Source: Promethearchaeia archaeon (GTDB taxonomy: Archaea; Asgardarchaeota; Lokiarchaeia; Sigyniarchaeales; SOKP01). Taken from it: a stretch of DNA of 64,000 nt. The DNA is taken from the NCBI GenBank assembly GCA_029856045.1, contig JAHQWG010000012.1, forward strand, positions 128,001-192,000, written 5' to 3'. A program made the position numbers and the translations under genes. A model generated the notes under the pieces. The model saw only the letters and a program-made list of their open reading frames with translations, made no database searches and had not been told where the DNA came from. Shown here piece after piece: positions 10,001 through 17,819 of this stretch (the stretch's first letter is position 1; each line of letters opens with the position of its first letter).

Positions 10001-11743
10001 AACAAATTACAATCTGTCGAATGGAATGATCAAGCAGAATCTCTAATAGCGACAATTACCCATTATAAAAATAAATTAGAGAAAGATATTAAATTTCGTG
10101 AGTTAGAAAAAATTAAAGAATTAAAAAAGGAAAAAGAAAAATTAGAATTTCAAAAATTAACAGAGGAGCAAAGAGATCTAAAAGAAAGAGAATTGGATTT
10201 AAAGAGGAAAACTCTCTATGAAACTGAAGAAAGGGAAAAATTAATCGAACAATTACAAGAAAAAGCATTTCAATTAATGGATCAAGCAAAATCTAAATTA
10301 AGGAATAAGAAGTTTGATGAATCTATTGAATTATATGGGAAGAGTAAAGATATTTTCGAAGAAATTGAATATAAAGAAGGAATAATTTTAACAACAAATA
10401 CTATTCTTTCACTTAAAAAGGAAAGAGACACTTATTTTCAAAGATTGGAGAAAGCTGAAGAAATTGAAGCAATCAAACTTGTTGAAGAAAGAGAAATGGA
10501 ACAAAAATATAGAGAGACACTTGAAAAAGAAAAAGAAAAACGTAAAGAGAGATTATCAGAACTTGCTGTTAAAAAGAAGGAAGAAAAAAGAAAGGCTGAA
10601 AAGGCGTTTAGTTTAATCGATAAAGCTTCCAATTCAATTTTAAAAGAAAAATTTGATAAGGGATATGAACAGTATATGGAAGCACGTCAAATTTTTATGG
10701 AATTGGGGTGGAAACAAGAAGTTACAAAGATTGATCAAGACAATTTATTTTACCTAAAAAAGAAAATGAGAGAAGTTGAAGAGAGAAAAGAAAGACTTAA
10801 ACAGATAAGTGGAGAAAAGAAAAAAATGGAAGAATTAATGTCTGAATCTGAAAAAATACAATCTGAATTAGAGAAAAGTTCTGCAGCAAAGTTACGAAGC
10901 AAATATTTAGAAAAAGAGAAGGAAAAAATAAAACTTATAAGTAAAGAAGCAAAATCTTATCAAGCTTTGGATGAAGCAAATGAATTAATTGATAAGAAAA
11001 AGTTCAACTCTGCTGTAAGAATACTCAAAAAAGTTTATTCTGAATTTATTAATTCAGGTTGGAAAAAAGAAGCTCAAAAAATTAAACTTAAAATTGATAA
11101 AATCACAAATCAAAGCTTAATTCCGATAATTCAAGAGGAAAAAACTGAAAAAAAAGAATATTTTAAAGAAATAGATAGGGCTTATAATTTATTAGATGAA
11201 GCTGAAAGAGCAAGCCAACGAAAAAAATTTATGCGTGTTGTTTCAGTATTAGTAGAAGTAGAAGAAATTTTTGAAGACATCCAATGGGTTAATGCTTTAA
11301 AAATTATTAAGGAACAAATTGAAATAAATAAGATTAATGTTAAAGAAAAAAGAAAAAAAAGAGAAATTGAAGAAACTGGAGATATTATTGAAGGAAAAGT
11401 AGATTCTGAAACAGCATTTAATTATATGAATAAATGTAAAATGGCAGAGAGAAGAAATAATTTTTCAAGAGCGATCCAATTTGCTGAAAAGGCTCATCTT
11501 ATTTTTAAAGAATTAGGAAAGGATTGGGAAAGAGAAGCAAACAGAATAGAGCAATATATAGGTCAATTACAAACAGCACAGAAAGAGAGAAAAATAAAGA
11601 TTGATAGAGTAAAGACAGAAAAAACAAAAAAATTAGAAACGGAAAAAATAAAAGAACAAGATATTAAAGAGAGATTAGAAGAAAGAAGAAAACGGAGAGA
11701 TGATTTAAGAAAAAGACTTCAGGAAAGAAAAAATAAAAAATAA
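7055..11743 (+). CDS. Giant helical-repeat (TPR/MIT-like bundles) plus charged coiled-coil/SAH protein
   Basis: 1562 aa. Repeated 'AYDLL..A.....FDKALE.Y..A..IF.EIGW..E' units separated by E/K/Q-rich helices. Confidence 0.75.
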   Translation: MRNPANSDNVDDDLVKQIFKIINMGKELIELDKFNDGIDCYNKAIGILKQMPGYENEVQKTEKLIEEAYTKYDQVFPKSEQEGEEIDRTQLKKEKLADFTKKKEEIEEKSKLAYDYLGKGSDFAQSNQFDKALEKYTQAKNIFQEIGWTSEVPKVELLIKELNEKKNKFLKIQEEKQKIIEKKKKITKKEQEIISQHGEFLQKSENAKETKLKTYQQKKQKEKDLSAEAYDLLGEASELIQSNEFEKALENYNQAKKLFNEINWQSEISKIQQFIKDLEEKQKKFMILQQELLKKQDISKEITEKDQEFLLKQQELKKYIEDIKETKVKAYQQKKQKEKDLSIEAYDMLGEASELEEENQFDEALENYLLATEIFKEIGWHSEVPKIQELMKNLKIKKNKYLELLQKEKEMQTQLQIEQSKLKEFELIKQESLQKESIQKEEKIKRMEQQKKEQRRIEKEIQDKVNYVGKLVRDYEKSLKKGKFDQQNPYEEIISIYEGIIEILKETGWTDQINPYKETIKHYEEKLARDGKLREIERQKQEEELISTIPVEDQIETQVLTDKRKKLEQKKKEQKRIEKEIQDRINYAEQLEREYDLVLKKKDFSQKAPYNEIIMIYEDIIKILKEVEWMDQIKPYRGTIKHYEEKSAHDLKLRELERQKQEIDEFVITPLVDDSKSQKITDKRVELEQKKLKQQQIENEIQDRVNYAESLEREYELVLKKKDFSLESPFDEIIIIYEELIEILKNAGWTDQIKPYSETIKHYEEKSVRDTRLREFERQKQEKEMIPIAVDEDGAKTQELLDKQMELEIKKKKQERIEEEIQKKVNYAESLAREYELALRKKDFSKVCPYENIIEIYKEIIEILKETGWTDQIKLYTETIKHYEQKLEHDKKFREFERQKLEKVEIEYFPPQESLKDSVATDLRMIKHEKKKKEEIQVQKEIDDMINIAENMAREYEKKLRYKDFSKPCPYEEIIKIYRKAKNKLQSVEWNDQAESLIATITHYKNKLEKDIKFRELEKIKELKKEKEKLEFQKLTEEQRDLKERELDLKRKTLYETEEREKLIEQLQEKAFQLMDQAKSKLRNKKFDESIELYGKSKDIFEEIEYKEGIILTTNTILSLKKERDTYFQRLEKAEEIEAIKLVEEREMEQKYRETLEKEKEKRKERLSELAVKKKEEKRKAEKAFSLIDKASNSILKEKFDKGYEQYMEARQIFMELGWKQEVTKIDQDNLFYLKKKMREVEERKERLKQISGEKKKMEELMSESEKIQSELEKSSAAKLRSKYLEKEKEKIKLISKEAKSYQALDEANELIDKKKFNSAVRILKKVYSEFINSGWKKEAQKIKLKIDKITNQSLIPIIQEEKTEKKEYFKEIDRAYNLLDEAERASQRKKFMRVVSVLVEVEEIFEDIQWVNALKIIKEQIEINKINVKEKRKKREIEETGDIIEGKVDSETAFNYMNKCKMAERRNNFSRAIQFAEKAHLIFKELGKDWEREANRIEQYIGQLQTAQKERKIKIDRVKTEKTKKLETEKIKEQDIKERLEERRKRRDDLRKRLQERKNKK
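7333..8376 (+). repeat. Three intragenic 348-nt (116-aa) repeats
   Basis: gcttatgat at 7391 and 7739; aactaaa...caaaaaaagcaaaaagaaaaagacctaagt at 7681 and 8029. Boundaries approximate. Confidence 0.8.
8401..10140 (+). repeat. Five intragenic ~360-nt (120-aa) repeats
   Basis: Lines starting 8401, 8761, 9121 and 9481 align in register (attga...aa...caa...aattatg); the fifth copy near 9841 is shifted by 3 nt. Confidence 0.85.
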
Positions 11744-11948
11744 AAGAGTGAAACATAGATAAAATGATTTTAACTTTTTTGCAGTAATTAATTTCAAAAA
11801 AATGAAATAAAAACGAGACAAAATTTCATAAATTTTTGTCGGCAATAAAAACTCATTAATTTTGGGGATATTTTTGGACTGTGGTCAATTTCCACTGCAA
11901 AATTAAAATAAGAGAAAAATATAATAAAAAATAAAAAGGTGAAAAATA

Positions 11949-12140
11949 ATTCAACTCTCTTCTGTTTGCTTACCTGAAAAATATTTAGAAATATTGGAAG
12001 TTTTTGTCACTGAAGGTCGATTTCCAAATAGATCAGAAGCTATTCGTGTGGCAATTCGAGATTTAATTAAAAAAGAATATTTATTAGAAGAAATATATAA
12101 AAAATCCCAGCTCCAATACCAGAATAGCCAGAAAAATTAA
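11949..12140 (+). CDS. Ribbon-helix-helix regulator, probable ATT start; not in ORF track
   Basis: (M)QLSSVCLPEKYLEILEVFVTEGRFPNRSEAIRVAIRDLIKKEY...KN*. Classic G.FPNRSEAIR.AIRDL RHH motif. In-frame TGA at 11940-11942; GGTGA at 11938-11942, 6 nt before ATT at 11949. Confidence 0.85.
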   Translation: MQLSSVCLPEKYLEILEVFVTEGRFPNRSEAIRVAIRDLIKKEYLLEEIYKKSQLQYQNSQKN

Positions 12141-12282
12141 AATCTTTTTTATTTCTTAATTAAATTGTTCATTTCTTAGAATTTTAGATCTCTAGAAAAA
12201 TAGTAAATTTGAAATTTTTCAGAAAACTTATATGTTACATATTATATGTATAGTACACATAACAAATAAAATGATACTAAAT

Positions 12283-12603
12283 ATGGCGGATATTAAAATG
12301 CAACTCAAAGATCATCTAAAAAGCGCCGAAGATTGGGGGAAAATGGAGACTCCAATTCCAGGAGTTTATGTAGTGAAAGTGCCTGCTACAAAAACACGCC
12401 CTGCTCTTCTATTTTTAGAGATAAATCCAATAAAAGACGATGGCAAACCAATAAAACGTAAGGGGCTTTTTATTGGAAATTTTGAAAATCTTTTACTCTT
12501 CTCAGAAGCACTTGCAGATGATAAAGTTGTTCAGCTTATAAGAACTCTTGAAGACATAAACCCGAAAGCTCAAACACAAATGAAAAAGTTAAAAATGGAT
12601 TAA
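12283..12603 (+). CDS. Hypothetical protein
   Basis: Coding-like ORF (MADIKMQL...), followed by a T-tract. ATG at 12283 preferred. Confidence 0.65.
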   Translation: MADIKMQLKDHLKSAEDWGKMETPIPGVYVVKVPATKTRPALLFLEINPIKDDGKPIKRKGLFIGNFENLLLFSEALADDKVVQLIRTLEDINPKAQTQMKKLKMD

Positions 12604-12630
12604 TTTTTTTTTTTTATTTTTATTTTTATA
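12604..12630 (+). terminator. Poly-T archaeal terminator candidate
   Basis: Long T tract immediately after the stop at 12603. Confidence 0.45.
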
Positions 12631-12770
12631 TTAAATTCTAAGAAAAAAAAATATTGGGATGCAATTAATTGGAAATAATTAAAAATCTTATATTTTTTTT
12701 ATATCTTAAGACTCATTTATTTATATTATTATAAAATTTTCAAACTAAAATAAAAAAAATATGATTTAGA

Positions 12771-13037
12771 ATGGAAGATAAATGTGATGAGTGTGATGGT
12801 GCTATCTTTAGAATCGTAAATGATAGTATTCTAAAGCGAAGGTACAACTTTGTAACCGATACTAATTTGAAGATGTGTGAAGATTGTGGCGCGAAATATA
12901 TTACATGTAAAAATTGTGGTGCGCTATTAACTCGAGTACATCTTTCATTAGATGTATATGGTGTTAGGAGTAAATGCCGATCATGTGGTACTGAAGATCC
13001 AGAAGTTGCAGCATGGATTAAAAGGGGGGGCGGGTAA
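12771..13037 (+). CDS. Small double zinc-ribbon protein
   Basis: Four CxxC pairs (CDEC, CEDC, CKNC, CRSC) in 88 aa. Confidence 0.75.
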   Translation: MEDKCDECDGAIFRIVNDSILKRRYNFVTDTNLKMCEDCGAKYITCKNCGALLTRVHLSLDVYGVRSKCRSCGTEDPEVAAWIKRGGG

Positions 13038-13163
13038 AAAAAGTTTTTCACTTTTTTATTCTTATTTTTTTAAAAATAGAATAATCTTGATAATTAAAAA
13101 TTAATAAATGATTAAAGAGATATTTTCTATATATCTTTATAAATATTATTTAGGTATCATATT

Positions 13164-13613
13164 ATGGACGTTCGTATTCGAGTCGGAACTCCTGATGATA
13201 GAGCGACATTAAAAAAGTTTGTTAATCAACTGGTTGCTGATTTAGGAGAAGATTTTGATGAAAAGAGATTTGATTGGGGCATATTACGTAGATTATATGA
13301 TCCATTGCAAAGGCATGGCATCTTCATAGCAGAAAATGAAGAAAATGGTGAACCAGCCGGAATGATCGTTGCTGAATTGAGAGTTGATCCCTATGGTTTA
13401 AGTGAAGGATATATAAAGTTAGTTTTTGTAAGTCCAGAGTATAGAGAAAAAGGAGTTGGAGAAAATTTGCTACAAGAGGCTCTAAATCATCTAAAGAAAA
13501 TCAAAGTTCAAAGAGTTAAGATAAATCTTAAAGAAGAAGCGATAAAAGCAGCTAAACTATATGAAAAATATAAATTTAAAAAGAAATACGAAGTACTGGA
13601 ATTAAAATTCTGA
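13164..13613 (+). CDS. GNAT family N-acetyltransferase
   Basis: 'FVSPEYREKGVG' acetyl-CoA-binding motif A; 'A.KLYEKYKF'. Confidence 0.9.
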   Translation: MDVRIRVGTPDDRATLKKFVNQLVADLGEDFDEKRFDWGILRRLYDPLQRHGIFIAENEENGEPAGMIVAELRVDPYGLSEGYIKLVFVSPEYREKGVGENLLQEALNHLKKIKVQRVKINLKEEAIKAAKLYEKYKFKKKYEVLELKF

Positions 13614-13637
13614 TAAGTTGATGGAGAATTAAATTTA

Positions 13638-14636
13638 ATGGCATTGGATAATGAATCCTTATTAGATGTTCCTTGGATTGAGAAATATAGACCACAGGAA
13701 TTCGAGGATATTATTAGCCAGAATCTCGCAATTAATAATTTAAAAAGATTTATTAATAGTAAAACAGTTCCTCATCTTATTTTTACTGGTCCTGCGGGAA
13801 ATGGTAAAACAAGTTCGGCTTTAATTTTAACACATAAATTATTAGGTAATGATTGTAAAAAGAAAGGGCTTCTTCTAGAATTAAATGCCTCTGATAATGT
13901 CAGGATGGAATATGTTAGGAATATTTTGAAAAAATTTGTTAATCAATCATTAATTTCACAAGATTCGGAAGAGAATCATGGTAAAATCGTGATTCTTGAT
14001 GAGGCAGATAATATTCCTGGAACTGTTCAGCAGGCATTAAGAAGAATCATTGAAAAATCTTCAGGAAATGTAATTTTTATATTCTTGTGTAATAATATAA
14101 ACCGAATTATAGATCCACTTATTTCAAGATGTGCAGTTTTAAGATTTACACCATTAAATAAAGAGAAAATAATTTCTCGTTTAAAATTTATAATAAAGAA
14201 AGAAAACATCACTATAAAGAATCAAGATAAATTGTTAGATATATTATTTTTCATCAGTGAAGGAGATCTTAGAAAAGCAATAAATACATTACAAATGACT
14301 GTTGCTTTAGAAATTATTGATGATCTAAAACTTGATGAAATTTATTCGATCTCCGGCTATTTCAAACCAGAAATCTTGGAAAAATTATTTAATGCTTTAA
14401 AACTAAGAAAAATTGATGATTTAAAAGATATAGGTAAAAGTCTTAGGGGATACTCAAGTAGAAATTTAATAAGACAAGTGCTATTAAAAATATCTCAAGA
14501 GAAGGATTTAAATAATATAAATTTAGCAAAAATTTATAATTTCCTTGGAGAATACGAATTTAGAATAACTCAAGGTTCTAATTCAGAAATTCAATTAAAT
14601 GCATTATTTAATATGATCAGTAGGGAGTTGAGATAA
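13638..14636 (+). CDS. rfcS: Replication factor C small subunit (canonical)
   Basis: PWIEKYRP, GPAGNGKT, ELNASD, ILDEAD, SRC, GDLRKAIN. Confidence 0.95.
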   Translation: MALDNESLLDVPWIEKYRPQEFEDIISQNLAINNLKRFINSKTVPHLIFTGPAGNGKTSSALILTHKLLGNDCKKKGLLLELNASDNVRMEYVRNILKKFVNQSLISQDSEENHGKIVILDEADNIPGTVQQALRRIIEKSSGNVIFIFLCNNINRIIDPLISRCAVLRFTPLNKEKIISRLKFIIKKENITIKNQDKLLDILFFISEGDLRKAINTLQMTVALEIIDDLKLDEIYSISGYFKPEILEKLFNALKLRKIDDLKDIGKSLRGYSSRNLIRQVLLKISQEKDLNNINLAKIYNFLGEYEFRITQGSNSEIQLNALFNMISRELR

Positions 14637-14642
14637 ATAACA

Positions 14643-15689
14643 ATGACTATTAATTCTCCCGTTTGGTCGGTTAAATACAAACCAAAAACTTTAAGTGAAA
14701 TTTGTGGTAGAGAACAAATTAAATTTCAATTAAAAGAGTATATTTCAAAAAAAAATTTCCCTCATTTACTTTTGACTGGCTATTACGGAGTTGGAAAAAC
14801 TACAATTGCAAAATGTTTTGCTAAAGAATTTTTAGGAGGATCTTATGAATCTAATTTGAAAACTCTTTTTGCAGACGTACCCATATCCAAAGAAGAAAGA
14901 AAGCAAGCTGGAATTAGATCAACCTTTTCTACAGGGATGATTGGAAGTCGAGCAGGGAAGAGAAGATATATCCATCCCTTTCTGGATATAAAAGTAAAAC
15001 CTTTTATTCAAATAAGAGTGCTTGGAGAAGCTCCCTTTAAAATATTAGTTGTTAAAAATTTTGAAGCTTTAGGACAATTTCAACAAGGCTTTAGAAGGCT
15101 TATGGAAACTTATGGATCTAATTGTAGAATGATTCTAATTACTTCTAAAATCTCAACAATTATTGATCCGATCATTTCTCGTTGTCAAATTTTATTTATC
15201 CCTCCTGTAGAATTTAAAGACTATAGTGATTTTATTAAGGGAGTATCAAAAAAAGAAGATATTAACATAAATGAGCCTGCACTTAAAATTCTTTATAAAT
15301 ATTCAGAGGGTCAATTAAATAAAGCAATTAATATCTTGCAATTATCTGCAATGTTATCAACTAATATCAATTCAGAAGTATTATACGAAGTAATCAATAG
15401 TACTAAGGATAAGAAAATAAAAGAATTGTTAAAACTGATTTTAAAAAGCGATTTTTCTGCCGTAAGAGCACAATTGAGAGCAATTCGAAGAGAATTTAAC
15501 TATTCTGCGCAAGAAGTATATAAAAAATTATTAGATGAGATATTTATATTGCCTTTAAGTAAATCTATCAAAATTCAATATATTAATTATATTGCCGAGG
15601 CTGATTTTAAAAGTATAGATGGCTTGGATCCTGATATTCAATTATCGAATTTAGTATCTAAATTGTGTTTTTTATTTGAAAAAATCTAA
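14643..15689 (+). CDS. Replication factor C small subunit 2 (degenerate ATPase)
   Basis: WSVKYKP, GYYGVGKT and SRC retained; Walker B position reads VVKNFE and sensor-2 reads GQLNKAIN. Confidence 0.88.
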   Translation: MTINSPVWSVKYKPKTLSEICGREQIKFQLKEYISKKNFPHLLLTGYYGVGKTTIAKCFAKEFLGGSYESNLKTLFADVPISKEERKQAGIRSTFSTGMIGSRAGKRRYIHPFLDIKVKPFIQIRVLGEAPFKILVVKNFEALGQFQQGFRRLMETYGSNCRMILITSKISTIIDPIISRCQILFIPPVEFKDYSDFIKGVSKKEDININEPALKILYKYSEGQLNKAINILQLSAMLSTNINSEVLYEVINSTKDKKIKELLKLILKSDFSAVRAQLRAIRREFNYSAQEVYKKLLDEIFILPLSKSIKIQYINYIAEADFKSIDGLDPDIQLSNLVSKLCFLFEKI

Positions 15690-15716
15690 TGGAAATTTAA
15701 TAAAAAGGAATCAATA

Positions 15717-16982
15717 TTGAAACAGAGAGAAAAAAAAACAGAATTACCCTGGGTGGAAAAGTATAGACCTAAATCAATTAGGGATATGGCAAAGCCCGTC
15801 GCAAAAGTAAATAGACAAAAAATCGATTTAATTGATGAGTTAATTAAATTCATCAAAAATTTTAAAAAAGATAGTAAAGAAAAGGCAATATTACTTGAAG
15901 GATCACCAGGCATTGGAAAAACTTCGGTTGTTTATGCTATAGCCAATGATCTAAACATGCAAGTAATAGAAACAAATGCATCTGATACTCGAACACAACG
16001 ATCTCTAAAAAGTAAATTAGATGAAGCTTCCAAAGCAAGAGATATGATGGATTTTATATCTAAATCTAAAAATAAAATTATCCTTATTGATGAAATAGAT
16101 GGAATTTATGGAGTTAGTGATAAAGGAGCTATTCCAACTGTTTTAGAAATTATGAATAATAGTGAATTTCCAATTATCATAATCGCTAATGAATATAAAA
16201 GAAGTTTAACTCCAATTTATAAAAAAGTAAAAAAATTTGAAGTTCAACCCTTATCTGAGGAAGCTGTTATTAAAATACTAGAAAAAATCCTTAAAAAAGA
16301 AAATATTCATGATTTTAAACCTAAAGATTTAATTTCTATTGCCCAGAAAAACAAAGGTGATCTACGTGCTTCTATTAATGATCTCCAAGGATTAATGCAA
16401 GGTGGAAGAAGCGCTGAATCTCTTAGAAATATTGATGAACTTCAAAGAGATACATCTGAAGTTATTTTTTCTCTAATACGGTCTCTATTTACAGAAGTAA
16501 AAACATTAATCGATGCAAAAAGATTACTTGATAAATCAGATGTGGATTATAGTTTATTATATAGATGGGTAAATGAAAATTTGCCGAAATATATTAATTT
16601 AAATGATGAGCTGGTCGATGCGTTTGAAAATATTTCCACTGCAGACCAGATATTTGGTCGAATAAGAAAATATCAAAATTGGGCTTTACTGCCTTATTTC
16701 TTTGATTTATTTGGTGGAGGTGTTTCTCTTGCTAAAAAGAGGAGTTATACCCCAAAATTTGTAAGAACTACTTTTCCTGAAATTATTTCAAATATAATTG
16801 GTAGAGATAAACTTTCTTTAGCAAAAAAAATAGAGGATGTATATGAAATTTCCGCTATCGAAGCAACAAGAACTGTAATTCCATTCCTGAGACTATTATC
16901 CTCGAAATCAATAAAAATGAAAAAGGAGATAAGCGATTGGCTGCAACTCGATTCAAAAGAGAAACAAGTTTTGAAAAAATAG
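15717..16982 (+). CDS. rfcL: Replication factor C large subunit
   Basis: PWVEKYRP, GSPGIGKT, ETNASDTR, IDEIDG, GDLRASINDLQ, WVNEN. Confidence 0.93.
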   Translation: MKQREKKTELPWVEKYRPKSIRDMAKPVAKVNRQKIDLIDELIKFIKNFKKDSKEKAILLEGSPGIGKTSVVYAIANDLNMQVIETNASDTRTQRSLKSKLDEASKARDMMDFISKSKNKIILIDEIDGIYGVSDKGAIPTVLEIMNNSEFPIIIIANEYKRSLTPIYKKVKKFEVQPLSEEAVIKILEKILKKENIHDFKPKDLISIAQKNKGDLRASINDLQGLMQGGRSAESLRNIDELQRDTSEVIFSLIRSLFTEVKTLIDAKRLLDKSDVDYSLLYRWVNENLPKYINLNDELVDAFENISTADQIFGRIRKYQNWALLPYFFDLFGGGVSLAKKRSYTPKFVRTTFPEIISNIIGRDKLSLAKKIEDVYEISAIEATRTVIPFLRLLSSKSIKMKKEISDWLQLDSKEKQVLKK

Positions 16983-17009
16983 AGATAATGATGCCTTTAA
17001 GATAGTTTT

Positions 17010-17621
17010 TTATAATTTCTTATAAAACATATATATTGCATTAACAAGGATCCAAGATGTAATTATAAATGTTACAGCCCATTCTGTTATCGGCCACCAT
17101 GTAAATAAGTTAAACAAGATTACACCAATACCAATAAAACCATGAAAAGCTTGTAATTTTGAAAATTTTGAATTTTTTAAAATTAAAATGCTAAAAAGAG
17201 TTAAGTAAAGAATCTCGCATATCCAATTTATCAAAGCAAAAATGACATGAAAAAATAAAATAACATTATTCTGTATTGCTGGAAAGCATCCGATAAGTGA
17301 AAAAGAAATGCAAGAAATAATGGAAATAATCACTGCACTTTTTTCAAGACTGTCATAATTATTATCACTTCTAAAAACTCGACCAAAATAAATAAAAAAT
17401 GGTATTGCCAATATTCCAGCTAAAACTAATCCCAAATTAAAAAAAAATCCACCTGGGCCTACACCCAATTCGCTTATCATATCGAGAAGAAAATTATAGT
17501 TTGGAGATAATAATAATGCGATAGTATTAAATAAAAGTCCAATTGCAACCGATAATATACCATAGACACTGCCACGTGCAAATCTATAAAGTTTTTCAAT
17601 AAAACTATTGTATTTTTCCAT
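17010..17621 (-). CDS. DUF998-like membrane protein
   Basis: 'PNYNFLLDMISELG', FNLGL, G.FP and H motifs; 5-6 TM segments. Confidence 0.7.
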   Translation of the reverse strand: MEKYNSFIEKLYRFARGSVYGILSVAIGLLFNTIALLLSPNYNFLLDMISELGVGPGGFFFNLGLVLAGILAIPFFIYFGRVFRSDNNYDSLEKSAVIISIISCISFSLIGCFPAIQNNVILFFHVIFALINWICEILYLTLFSILILKNSKFSKLQAFHGFIGIGVILFNLFTWWPITEWAVTFIITSWILVNAIYMFYKKL

Positions 17622-17819
17622 AATTATTCAATTCTATAAATATTTTAAATTGTTTTGCGAAATTAAAAAAAATTCTTCATTTTAGAATTAAATTAAATAT
17701 ATTTAGACTACTCTAAAATGAGTAAATACTAGGGATTATTTGAGTAATCCTTTTTATAGAATGGGATATTTTTATATATAATAACTTTTTTAAAATCATT
17801 TCTTTAAGTTGGATTAAAA

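Noticed and set aside
7333-10140. Periodic repeats as a CRISPR or mobile repeat array
   Set aside because: Repeats are in-frame coding units with lengths in multiples of 3 and codon-level divergence.
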